The notes below the pieces were generated by a model that saw only the letters and a program-made list of their open reading frames with translations, ran no database searches and had not been told where the DNA came from. From Vulcanimicrobiota bacterium (GTDB taxonomy: Bacteria; Vulcanimicrobiota; Xenobia; Xenobiales; JADMJV01), in the NCBI GenBank assembly GCA_050250895.1, contig JBFWNU010000002.1:695659-759658 (forward strand): DNA of 64,000 bases. Reading direction: 5' to 3'. The translations under genes were made by a program, and so were the position numbers. Below are positions 17,028 through 25,522 of this stretch, piece after piece (positions within the stretch are counted from its first letter, which is position 1; every line of letters starts with the position of its first letter).

Positions 17028-18605
17028 TTAGCCCTTGCGCTGAAATTCGAGTACTCCGTCGAGCGAGGGCAGGCGGGCCAGGGCCTGGCTGACCGGGTCG
17101 TCGGCGAGCCGGCGGCCTTCTTCGAAGTCCGCGATCTGCTCGGGAGTGAGTTCGGTGCCCCCAAAACTGCGTGGCAGGACGACTTCGTGGAGTTCGACCT
17201 CCTGGTCCATTCCGGCTGGACGGGCCCGGGCGATGAAGCGGCAGGGCACGTTGTCGGCCAGGCGAGAGCGGGTCTGCCCGGTGATCAACAGGGGCACGCC
17301 GAAAATCTTGGTCAGGCCCTCGAGGCGGGCCGCCTGATTGGCCGCCTGCCCGACCACGCCAAACTTGAATTGGCCCGCCGCTCCGACCTGACCGGTCATC
17401 ACCTGTCCCGACGCCACCCCGGCGCCGCAAGCGTGGCCCAGCCCCAGCGAAGTCTCGATCATCGAGGCGGCGGCCAGCACCGCCTGGGTGGCCGCCTCGG
17501 GTACCTCGACGGGGGCACCCCAGCAGGCCAGCAGGGCGTCTCCGATATAGTCGATGACAATGCCGTCGCGTTCGAACACGCAGGCCGACAGCCGGGTCAT
17601 GAGTTCGGTCAACTGTCGGTGGTAACTGGCCACATCTTGCTGTTCGAGGGTCCGGCAAGAACCTCGCATGTCGAAAAAGACCAGAGTGACGTCGAGCAGC
17701 CTCGGTTGCAACAGCACCTCGAAATCGGCCCCTTGCAGCAAGGGTCGCAGTTTCGGCGAGAAGAATTGACCGATCTGTTGGACTCGCGAGGCCACCAGAT
17801 AGTGGGACAAGGCCTCGCCGATCAGATCCACCAGCACGCTCTGTTCCTGGCCAGGATTGGCCCCTGCATCAAAGCCCTGGGCGTAAAGAGCGAAGGAGTC
17901 GGCCACCGGCACAGCCAGGGCCCAATGGACACCCATCGTCTGCGTGTAGTCGCCTTCTCGCTCGCTGAAGACGTGCTGAATCGTCTGGCCGTGCTCCAGC
18001 GCCGAACGAACCAGCCCTCGACTGGCGAGAAATTGATCGCCTGCCAGACAGGTGACGGGGTCTCCGGGGGCCACCAGGGCCACCTGCGTGTCCTTTGACA
18101 ACAGTCCTCGCAGCAGTTCGACCGCTCCCGCAAAAAGCTCGGCCTGCCCCGAGGCCCCTCGCAATCGGGGCAAAAGCTCGGTAATGGCGCGAAGGCACTG
18201 CTCCGCTCGCAGGCTGCGCATGGTCTGGCGCTGGTCCGGAGCCAGGATCAGCTCGGTGGGCGAGGCTTTCGGACGCACGGCCGGCCCGGCCATCAAGCCA
18301 AACGAAGAGCGACCGGCGCTAAAGTGATCTCCTGGCTCGATCTGAAACGACTCGGCGGCCAGCGACCGGTAGTAGATGGGGTTGGTGGCCTCGGGACAGC
18401 GCCGCACGGCCAGCCTGTCGTGCTGGACTTCGATCACGAAATGCTGGCGCGATAGGCTGGGGTCGCCGGCCACCCCGATCTTGTCCAGGTCGTCGGTGGC
18501 CGTGGCCCGGCCCACGGTTCTGGCCTCTTGACCGAGGGGAAAGCGGGCCGAGACCCCATCAGGAGTCTCGACCGTCAACCAGTAGGTGAACTCGCCCCCG
18601 TTCAC
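17028..18605 (-). CDS. FHA domain, degenerate GAF and class III nucleotide cyclase
   Basis: FHA motifs VGR, SRQH and TN; cyclase motifs FFDMRG, DYIGDA and KFGVVGQAANQAARLE. Confidence 0.88.
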   Translation of the reverse strand: MNGGEFTYWLTVETPDGVSARFPLGQEARTVGRATATDDLDKIGVAGDPSLSRQHFVIEVQHDRLAVRRCPEATNPIYYRSLAAESFQIEPGDHFSAGRSSFGLMAGPAVRPKASPTELILAPDQRQTMRSLRAEQCLRAITELLPRLRGASGQAELFAGAVELLRGLLSKDTQVALVAPGDPVTCLAGDQFLASRGLVRSALEHGQTIQHVFSEREGDYTQTMGVHWALAVPVADSFALYAQGFDAGANPGQEQSVLVDLIGEALSHYLVASRVQQIGQFFSPKLRPLLQGADFEVLLQPRLLDVTLVFFDMRGSCRTLEQQDVASYHRQLTELMTRLSACVFERDGIVIDYIGDALLACWGAPVEVPEAATQAVLAAASMIETSLGLGHACGAGVASGQVMTGQVGAAGQFKFGVVGQAANQAARLEGLTKIFGVPLLITGQTRSRLADNVPCRFIARARPAGMDQEVELHEVVLPRSFGGTELTPEQIADFEEGRRLADDPVSQALARLPSLDGVLEFQRKG

Positions 18606-18609
18606 CGGG

Positions 18610-21600
18610 TCACTTCACGCTCCAGGGGTTGGAAGGGGCGGGCGCCGGAGCCGGGGCCGGACGCCAGGGAGCCGGGGCCGGAGCGGGACGATAGACCGGC
18701 GCCGGCGGGGGGCGGTAGACGGGCGCTGGCGGGGGCGGCGGGACGTAGCGGTCGAGTTGGATGGACTTGTTGACGGTTTCACCCGGACCCAGCTGGACCT
18801 TCTCGGTATGAGCCAGCCAACCCGACTTGGTCAGTCCGAGGGTGTATTGCTTGGCCGCCAGTCCGGTGACTTCGCAGGGTGTCTCTCCCTTGACGGCCCC
18901 GTTGATCTTGACGGTGGCCCCGGATGGGTCCGAGGTAATCTTCAAAGTCGAGGGCAGGGCCTCGAGAGTCAACTCGAGTTCTTCGGGCTTTTCGAGCTGG
19001 TAGGATTTGGTCACGGGGGCGTAGCCGTCGAGAGCGATCTTGACCTCATAGTCACCATGGGGCAACTTGGAGAGTTTGACCGGCGTCTTCCCGCTCTCCT
19101 TGCCATTGACGGTCACGGTGGCCCCGGCTGGCTGGGTGGTGACCGAGAGAGTGGTCACGAGCGGCTTGAGAGTCGCTTCGACCCTGGCCTGCTGGTGAGG
19201 CTCGACTACCACCGGGGCGGTGAATTCGGCAAAGCCTTTCTTGCGAATGGTCAGGTTGTGTTCACCCGGGGCCAGCAGAATGCTCTTGGGGGTCTGTCCC
19301 AGCGAGTCTCCGTCGACCAGCAGTTCGGTGTTCTCGGGCTGGACGACCAGCTCGATTTCGCCGGTAAGGCGGGTCATCTCGAGGGTCAACTCGCGGGTCT
19401 TTTCGCCTTCGAGTGTGAAGGTCTTCTCGACCGGGTCATAGCCGTCGAGCTCGGCCTGGAGTTTGTGTTCGCCGGGCCGAAGCTTCACCTCCAGAGGGGC
19501 TACCCCCCGCGGCTCGCCGTCGATGGTGAGGTTGGCTTTGACCGAACCGCAGCTGATGGTCACCTGGGTTTTTCGTGCTCCGGGAAAGAAGAACGCGGTG
19601 ACCGCGAGCCCGGCCAGGATGAACAGGATTACCGCGATGGTGGAGGCCGGCGAGTGCGGTCGGTGTTCAGCCGCCACAGGGACCGGTTCGCGTTGCTCGA
19701 CGACTCGGACGGGTGCTGGGACCGGTTCGGGTTCGGGACTCGGCGGCGGGGCGGCCGCGGGTTCGACCAGCGGCTCTGTTTCGGGCTCTAGCTCGGCCGG
19801 CGCCTGGGGCACAGGCGCTTCGGCCCTGGGCTGCTCGCCCGACTTCCACTCGCCGCTGGGATGGCGGGCGGCCAGATCTTCGAGCTTTTGATCGATGTGT
19901 TCGGCAGCCCGCCCGAAGCCCAGCTCTTGCAAGCGTCGGTGGGCCTGACGATAGGCGGCGGCGGCTTCAGAATACTGTTCGGTTTTCTCGCGCAGGGCCC
20001 CTAGAGCGGCGGCGTCTTCCCCCAACTCGTTGAGGCTGTCGGCCAGGCGCACCATCGTCCGTCGGGCCAGCCGGGGGCTGAGTTCGGCCTTGAAACGTTC
20101 GCCCAGTTCGTCCCACACCAGACGAAACCGCTCGACCCCGTGAAATTCTGTGTTTTCGACGGCTCCCAGGGCGGTCAGCTGTTCGAGTATTTCGTCGACT
20201 TTTTCTTCGGACAGGCCACAGGCTGACACCATCAGGTCGAAAGTGAACGGACAGGGAGCCAAAACGGCCGTCCGCAACACGGATTTGAACTCGTCGTTCT
20301 GGCTCTGGATATAGGTCCAGGCGGCTTCAATGGGATGAACCGGCGGTGGTACGGGTTTGGGGCCAAGACACCCTGCGCCTTTGAGGGCGGTCAGATTTTG
20401 CCGGAAAAGGCGCAACGAGCCGGCCGCCCGGGTGACCAGCCAGGAACGTAGTAGACCGGTCACCTCTTGAGCCTGGAAGAATTCGTCATCGAGCTGTCCC
20501 AGGCAGACCTCCTCGACGCCCTCGAGGTCGCCCAGGCGAGCGGCCCGCGTGGAACTGAGCGATAGCAACAGGGCTGTGCCCTCGGGAACCGGTTGGCCGA
20601 GCCATCCTAGCACGCGGTCGAGGAGTTCGTCGGGCAGCCGTTCGGCGTCATCCACCAGCACCACGCAGGGGCGGGGGAGGTGGGCAGTCAAGTCGGCGAA
20701 AGTCTGCTGAGCCAGCCGCTCTGGGTCGAGTTCGAGGATCTGGCCCCAATGCTCGACGGTGGCCGCCACCCCGGCCAACGGAGACAGAACCCGGGCGGTC
20801 GCCAGGCGGCGGGCCAGCTGGGCCACCATCCAGCTGCGGCCAAGGCCCGTACCGGCCGACAACAGCACGCGGTTTGGGCTGTTGAGCAGGTATTGCTCGA
20901 GTTCGTCGAGCTCGCGTTCTCGCCCGATCTTCGGGGGGTGAAAGCTCTCGGCCAGGGCCCGGAGCGTCTCGCCCAGTTCGACGGCCGAATGGGGTCGTTG
21001 CTCGGGATCCTTGCGGAGTAGCTCGTCGATCAGCTTGACCACGCCTTCAGGCAGGTCGGGGTTGAAGTCGTTGGCTTTGGGCGGAGCTTTCTGGACGTGG
21101 GCGTGCAGGGTCTCGTATTCGCTTCCGGCCGTAAACGGCAGCCGGCCGGTCACGGCCTCGAACAGGCAAATCCCGAGCGAGTAGAGATCGGCCGAGGGGG
21201 TGACATCGCTGGACAAGATCTGTTCTGGGGCCACATATTGGTAGGTTCCCAGGATCGAGCCGGCCTCGGTGAGCTTGGTGTTTCGCTCCATCTCGCGGGC
21301 CACCCCGAGGTCGGCCAGTTTGGGGGTGCCGGCGGCGTCGACCAGGATGTTTTCGGGCTTGAGGTCACGGTGCACGATGCCGCGCCGATGCAGGTGGTCA
21401 AGGCCGGCGCAGACCAGGCTGAAGGTTTCGAGCAAGGCCGGCAGGCTGGGTGTGGTGGTTAGATAGGCCCGCAAATCCCCGCCGCCGACATACTCCATGA
21501 CCAGATAGTCGCGGCCGTCGTACTCGCCTACCTCGAGGAAAGAAACCACGTTGGGGTGGGACAGGCTGGCCAGTTTGCGGGCCTCGCGACGAAACCGCTC

Positions 21601-21828
21601 GGTGCTGGGGCAATCCTCTTTGAGGATTTTGACAGCCACCTCGCGGTCGTGTTCGGTGTCTACCGCTCGGTAGACGATGCTCATCCCGCCACGCCCCAGC
21701 TCTTCTATAACCTTATAGCGGGGGGGGAGCAGGCGATTTCCGTCGATGCTCACTGGCCGCCTGTATTCGGGGTTGGACCTCGAGGATCCCTGGCGACAAG
21801 GGGGTTGGGCTGATCGGCTGATAGTCAC
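18610..21828 (-). CDS. Hanks-type Ser/Thr kinase with degenerate NTPase region, TM helix and four PEGA domains
   Basis: LGRGGM, VAVK, HRDLKPEN, DLG and YVAPE motifs; TM IAVILFILAGLAVTAFFF; four PEGA repeats. Start could instead be GTG 21753. Confidence 0.9.
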   Translation of the reverse strand: MTISRSAQPPCRQGSSRSNPEYRRPVSIDGNRLLPPRYKVIEELGRGGMSIVYRAVDTEHDREVAVKILKEDCPSTERFRREARKLASLSHPNVVSFLEVGEYDGRDYLVMEYVGGGDLRAYLTTTPSLPALLETFSLVCAGLDHLHRRGIVHRDLKPENILVDAAGTPKLADLGVAREMERNTKLTEAGSILGTYQYVAPEQILSSDVTPSADLYSLGICLFEAVTGRLPFTAGSEYETLHAHVQKAPPKANDFNPDLPEGVVKLIDELLRKDPEQRPHSAVELGETLRALAESFHPPKIGRERELDELEQYLLNSPNRVLLSAGTGLGRSWMVAQLARRLATARVLSPLAGVAATVEHWGQILELDPERLAQQTFADLTAHLPRPCVVLVDDAERLPDELLDRVLGWLGQPVPEGTALLLSLSSTRAARLGDLEGVEEVCLGQLDDEFFQAQEVTGLLRSWLVTRAAGSLRLFRQNLTALKGAGCLGPKPVPPPVHPIEAAWTYIQSQNDEFKSVLRTAVLAPCPFTFDLMVSACGLSEEKVDEILEQLTALGAVENTEFHGVERFRLVWDELGERFKAELSPRLARRTMVRLADSLNELGEDAAALGALREKTEQYSEAAAAYRQAHRRLQELGFGRAAEHIDQKLEDLAARHPSGEWKSGEQPRAEAPVPQAPAELEPETEPLVEPAAAPPPSPEPEPVPAPVRVVEQREPVPVAAEHRPHSPASTIAVILFILAGLAVTAFFFPGARKTQVTISCGSVKANLTIDGEPRGVAPLEVKLRPGEHKLQAELDGYDPVEKTFTLEGEKTRELTLEMTRLTGEIELVVQPENTELLVDGDSLGQTPKSILLAPGEHNLTIRKKGFAEFTAPVVVEPHQQARVEATLKPLVTTLSVTTQPAGATVTVNGKESGKTPVKLSKLPHGDYEVKIALDGYAPVTKSYQLEKPEELELTLEALPSTLKITSDPSGATVKINGAVKGETPCEVTGLAAKQYTLGLTKSGWLAHTEKVQLGPGETVNKSIQLDRYVPPPPPAPVYRPPPAPVYRPAPAPAPWRPAPAPAPAPSNPWSVK
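18632..18745 (-). repeat. Pro/Ala-rich coding repeat in the kinase C-terminal tail
   Basis: PPPPAPVYR-PPPAPVYR-PAPAPAPWR-PAPAPAPA; DNA GGAGCCGGGGCCGGA occurs twice. Confidence 0.7.
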
Positions 21829-21975
21829 GGTGCAACCTTAGTTTAGCACCGATGGCGGGGGCGACCATGCGAACAGCTTCACTTTGTGGGCTTGATCACT
21901 GGAGTGTGGATCGGATACCCCATCAGTCTACCGGGGTAGGCTTCAACTGAGTGGCCAGGCTCTTATCATTTGAAG

Positions 21976-23097
21976 ATGGGTAACCATCATCGAGCCGAAG
22001 TGGCCACAAGTCCAAGCCCACCGGCGAATGCCGCCACTATCATGGTGGTGGATGACCTGGCGCTCAGTCGCTCGATCCTGGCGAGCATTCTGCAGGCGGA
22101 AGGGTTCCACGTCGTCGAGGCCGAGCACGGGCTTGCCTGCCTCGAACTGTGCGCTCAGACGCGGGTTGACCTGATCCTTCTCGATATTAGAATGCCAGAA
22201 TTGGACGGTTACGATACCTGTTCCCGGCTCAAGGCCGATGCCTCGACCTCCGAGATCCCGGTGATCTTCCTCAGCGCTCTTTCCGAGGTAGAAGATAAGG
22301 TGAAAGGCTTCAACGTTGGCGGGGTGGACTTCTTGACCAAGGGTTCTCATCGGGCCGAAGTGATGGCTCGGGTCAATACTCACCTCAGCCTGCGCCGCAT
22401 GAAGCAAGAACTCGAAGACTACAACCGCTGGCTGGAAAAGCGGGTGAAAGAGAAGGTCAAAGAGTTGGCCGAGGCTCAGTTCGCCACCATCCAGGCACTG
22501 GTCTCTTTGGCCGAGAGGCGTGATCAGTCCACCGGAGAGCACCTCGAGCGCACTCGCCGCTATTGCAGGCTTCTGGCCGAGGGTTTGCAGCGGATGCCCG
22601 CTTACCAGGAGGTGATCGACGAAGAGTTCATCGAGAATCTTTATCAGGCCGCTCCGCTCCACGACATCGGCAAGGTGGCCGTTCCAGACACCATTCTGGC
22701 AAAGAACGGTCGGCTCAACGAGGAAGAGTTCGAGCTGATCAAAACCCACACGGTCGAGGGGCACGCTACCCTCGAGTCGGTGGCCCGCACTTACCCCCGC
22801 AACGCCCTGGTGAACATGGGCCAGGAGATCGCCCGCTGGCACCACGAGCGCTGGGACGGGTCGGGTTATCCTGATGGCCTGGTAGGGGCCGCCATCCCCC
22901 TGTCGGCCCAGATTATGGCCGTGGCCGACGTTTACGACGCGCTGACCAGCGCCAGGTCCTATAAGCGTGCCTGGACTCACGAAGAGGCTTGCGCGGCCAT
23001 CGCGGGTGAGGCCGGAAAGCATTTCTCGCCCGACATCGTCCAGGCTTTCACCGAGGTCGAAGAGAGTTTCGCTGCCGGGGCCTACGGACAGGAATAG
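21976..23097 (+). CDS. Response regulator with HD-GYP phosphodiesterase domain (RpfG-like)
   Basis: REC motifs VVDD and LLDIRMP; LHDIGK, HHERWDGSGYP and VADVYDAL. TATCAT lies 6 nt before the ATG. Confidence 0.93.
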   Translation: MGNHHRAEVATSPSPPANAATIMVVDDLALSRSILASILQAEGFHVVEAEHGLACLELCAQTRVDLILLDIRMPELDGYDTCSRLKADASTSEIPVIFLSALSEVEDKVKGFNVGGVDFLTKGSHRAEVMARVNTHLSLRRMKQELEDYNRWLEKRVKEKVKELAEAQFATIQALVSLAERRDQSTGEHLERTRRYCRLLAEGLQRMPAYQEVIDEEFIENLYQAAPLHDIGKVAVPDTILAKNGRLNEEEFELIKTHTVEGHATLESVARTYPRNALVNMGQEIARWHHERWDGSGYPDGLVGAAIPLSAQIMAVADVYDALTSARSYKRAWTHEEACAAIAGEAGKHFSPDIVQAFTEVEESFAAGAYGQE

Positions 23098-23275
23098 TCC
23101 TTTCGTCGAAGCTTGGCGGGCTGCTGGCCAAGGCGGGAACGGCTTTGGCAGCCATCCCGCCCTGGGACGACTACTTGCCCGATTTCGACCCTCACACGAG
23201 CATTGAGGCCCCACCGTGGGACTCTCGACTGGTCGGGCTGCCCCAGGTCGAGAGCTCGGGCCCATCTTCAGCCAG

Positions 23276-25393
23276 CTAGCCCATGAGAAGTGCCTTTTGT
23301 TCGGTCCTGAGCAGTTCGATGTTTGGCTCGAGTCCGACTTCCCGTCGAAGTTCTTGCTTGAGGTTGGCCAGACAGCGTAGAGCGGCCTCGGGGCGACTCT
23401 GCGCCAGGTAAGCCTCCATAGTCATCAGAGCCGCCACCTGATGGCAGCGGTCGAGTTCGAGCACTCGTTCGCCACCGAGCGCTGCGATCGCATGGTCTGA
23501 TCGCTCTGCGGCTCGTTCGGCGATGGTCTGATAGAAGCGAACCAGATCGCGCTCGAGTTGGTCGCGAATCAGCAGGGCCCAGTCTTCGTAGCTGCCGGCG
23601 CAGAAGGGGCCTCGGTAGAGGCGGTTGGCCTGCTCGAGCAGGTCGCTCACCTCGTTCCACGCGAACTCGCCGCCGATGCCTCGGGTCAGCGCCTCTTGAA
23701 GCTGAGAGTAGTCGTGCCAGTGCGGCACCGCGAAGTTGAAGCCGATGTAGCCCTGATTGCGAATCACAGCTCCAGGGGCCAGATCTTCGAGGGTCTTGCG
23801 GATGCTCGAGGTGACCTGATTGACGCGCCGGCGGGCTTTGATCGCGTTGTCTGGCCAGAAGGTCTCCATCAAGACCTCTTCGGCGACCGGTCGGGGGTGC
23901 ACCAACAAGTAGGCCAGCACCGACATGGGTTGGCGACCGCCAAAATCCCGGGTGTCGACCCGGTGTTCTCCTTTGAATACCTCAAAGCCGCCCAGGGAGT
24001 GAAAGCGCAGCGACGGCCGTTCGGGCTTGACCTCGCCAGCCGCCTGCATCGAGGCCAGGCGACGCTCGGCCTCGTCGCGTAGCGGGCCGCTGCCCAGACT
24101 GCGTTTGACCTGGGCCGGGGCCTCGCGATGAAACCAGGCCAGGGTCCGACGACTGAGCGGGGTTTCGGGCCGGCGCAGCAGTCCGGGTAACACCCACCAG
24201 AGACTTTCCAGCAGAACGTCCTGATTGATGGCGCGCAACATGATCGTTAGTAAAGGGTCGAGAAGTTCCCCGTCGGGGTCGGGCTGGTCGCTGAGCAACA
24301 GCAGGGCGAGGCTGGCCCGGGTATGGCTGAGACTTCCCTCTGGAGCCTCCTGTCGAACCAGCCTGAGGCTGTCCACGGCTCGAGCACGGCCCATTCTGGC
24401 CAGGGTCAGCCCACCTTCCAGGTGGGCATGACAGGCCAGTTCTGGCGACAGCTCTCGGGCCAGCTCGAAGGCCCGTTCTACATGTTCCTGGGCCGCCTCG
24501 GGGGCGCCCCTGAGCGCTTCCAGGCGGGCCAATCCCAGGCACGCCTCAAGCCGGGTTCGGCCGGTAGGTTGGCCGGCCAGCAGGTCGCAGTAGTTGGAAC
24601 GCGCGGTCTCGAGGTCGCCCGCCACCTCGCACAAGTAGGCGGCCGTGAGCAAACCGTCTTCTTGCTGTCGCTGCTGACCGCTGCGCTCGAGTTGACGCAC
24701 CAGCACCCCCGTCTCGCCCTGGCAGTCGGGATAACGCTCCAGTTGTCCCAAGACCTCTTTGAGGCGAGGGTACTTCCCGTCGATGAGTTCCGTCAGGGCG
24801 GCGGGCGTGCCCGCATCCGGTCCAGGCCCCAGGGCCACCAGGGCGGCTAACTCGAGGCCTTCGGCCTGTTCTTCAAAGCCCAGCGCCTCGGCCGCTAGCT
24901 TGGCCAGACCCGCTCGCTCGACGGCCTCGAGGCCGGGACGCACGGGCTGCTCCTTGGTGAGCAACCAGACGGCCGTGTCGCGCGCTAGTTGGTGATTGCG
25001 CCGATGCAAACGCGTGCGCAGGATTCGTTGCTGGACTCGGGCCACCGCTTCGCGAAACTCTGGCAACTCGAACGGCTTGCGCAGATACTCGCTGACTCCC
25101 AGTCGGACGGCTCGGATCGACTCTTCTTCGGTCGAGTAGCCGGTTATCACGATGCTTTCCAGGTCGGGCCGCTCCTGCTTCATACGCCTGAGCGCTTCCA
25201 GCCCATCGATGCCTGGCACTTTGATGTCGGTCACCACCAGTTCGAAGTCGTTGCTATGGGCCAGAGCCAGCCCTAGTTCGGCGTTGGAGGCGGACTGGAC
25301 CGAAAATTCCTCGTCGTCTAACGCCTCAACCAGCAAGTCGCGCAGATTATCATCGTCTTCGACGATCAATATGCGTATCTGGGGTGCTTCCAT
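23276..25393 (-). CDS. Response regulator: REC, degenerate HD-like segment, TPR, and wHTH/BTAD activator domain
   Basis: IVEDD, VTDIKVP and YLRKPF; TPR-like helices; SLGGFEV, FWPD, LYRGPF...EDW and LGLEP-like BTAD end. Confidence 0.85.
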   Translation of the reverse strand: MEAPQIRILIVEDDDNLRDLLVEALDDEEFSVQSASNAELGLALAHSNDFELVVTDIKVPGIDGLEALRRMKQERPDLESIVITGYSTEEESIRAVRLGVSEYLRKPFELPEFREAVARVQQRILRTRLHRRNHQLARDTAVWLLTKEQPVRPGLEAVERAGLAKLAAEALGFEEQAEGLELAALVALGPGPDAGTPAALTELIDGKYPRLKEVLGQLERYPDCQGETGVLVRQLERSGQQRQQEDGLLTAAYLCEVAGDLETARSNYCDLLAGQPTGRTRLEACLGLARLEALRGAPEAAQEHVERAFELARELSPELACHAHLEGGLTLARMGRARAVDSLRLVRQEAPEGSLSHTRASLALLLLSDQPDPDGELLDPLLTIMLRAINQDVLLESLWWVLPGLLRRPETPLSRRTLAWFHREAPAQVKRSLGSGPLRDEAERRLASMQAAGEVKPERPSLRFHSLGGFEVFKGEHRVDTRDFGGRQPMSVLAYLLVHPRPVAEEVLMETFWPDNAIKARRRVNQVTSSIRKTLEDLAPGAVIRNQGYIGFNFAVPHWHDYSQLQEALTRGIGGEFAWNEVSDLLEQANRLYRGPFCAGSYEDWALLIRDQLERDLVRFYQTIAERAAERSDHAIAALGGERVLELDRCHQVAALMTMEAYLAQSRPEAALRCLANLKQELRREVGLEPNIELLRTEQKALLMG

Positions 25394-25451
25394 CGGGTTG
25401 CGGATTCCTTTGCCGCCGCTTGCCTCCCTTCTGGAGTCGGCGACCGCCCTT

Positions 25452-25468
25452 GTTTACAGGAAGTTCAC
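25452..25468. promoter_or_regulatory. 11-bp-period direct repeat between the divergent regulator and kinase genes
   Basis: GTTTAC-aggaa-GTTCAC. Confidence 0.4.
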
Positions 25469-25522
25469 TTTAAGGAGCGGCCGAAGAGAACCGGCAGAAC
25501 GGCGCGGGCTAACCTTTGAGCC

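Noticed and set aside
17028-18605. Pycsar/CBASS-type anti-phage cyclase
   Set aside because: No adjacent cNMP-binding TIR or TM effector; the FHA domain and kinase context indicate signalling.
18586-19791. Long plus-strand ORF (401 aa) and similar long antisense ORFs (6424-7413, 21943-23265, 44819-46012, 48970-50391, 51693-52685)
   Set aside because: These are shadow frames opposite well-supported genes, expected in GC-rich DNA, and they carry no recognisable motifs.
21720-21727. G8 tract near the kinase 5' end as a phase-variation switch
   Set aside because: Short for a slippage tract, encodes Leu-Pro-Pro-Arg in frame, and is plausible by chance at this GC content.
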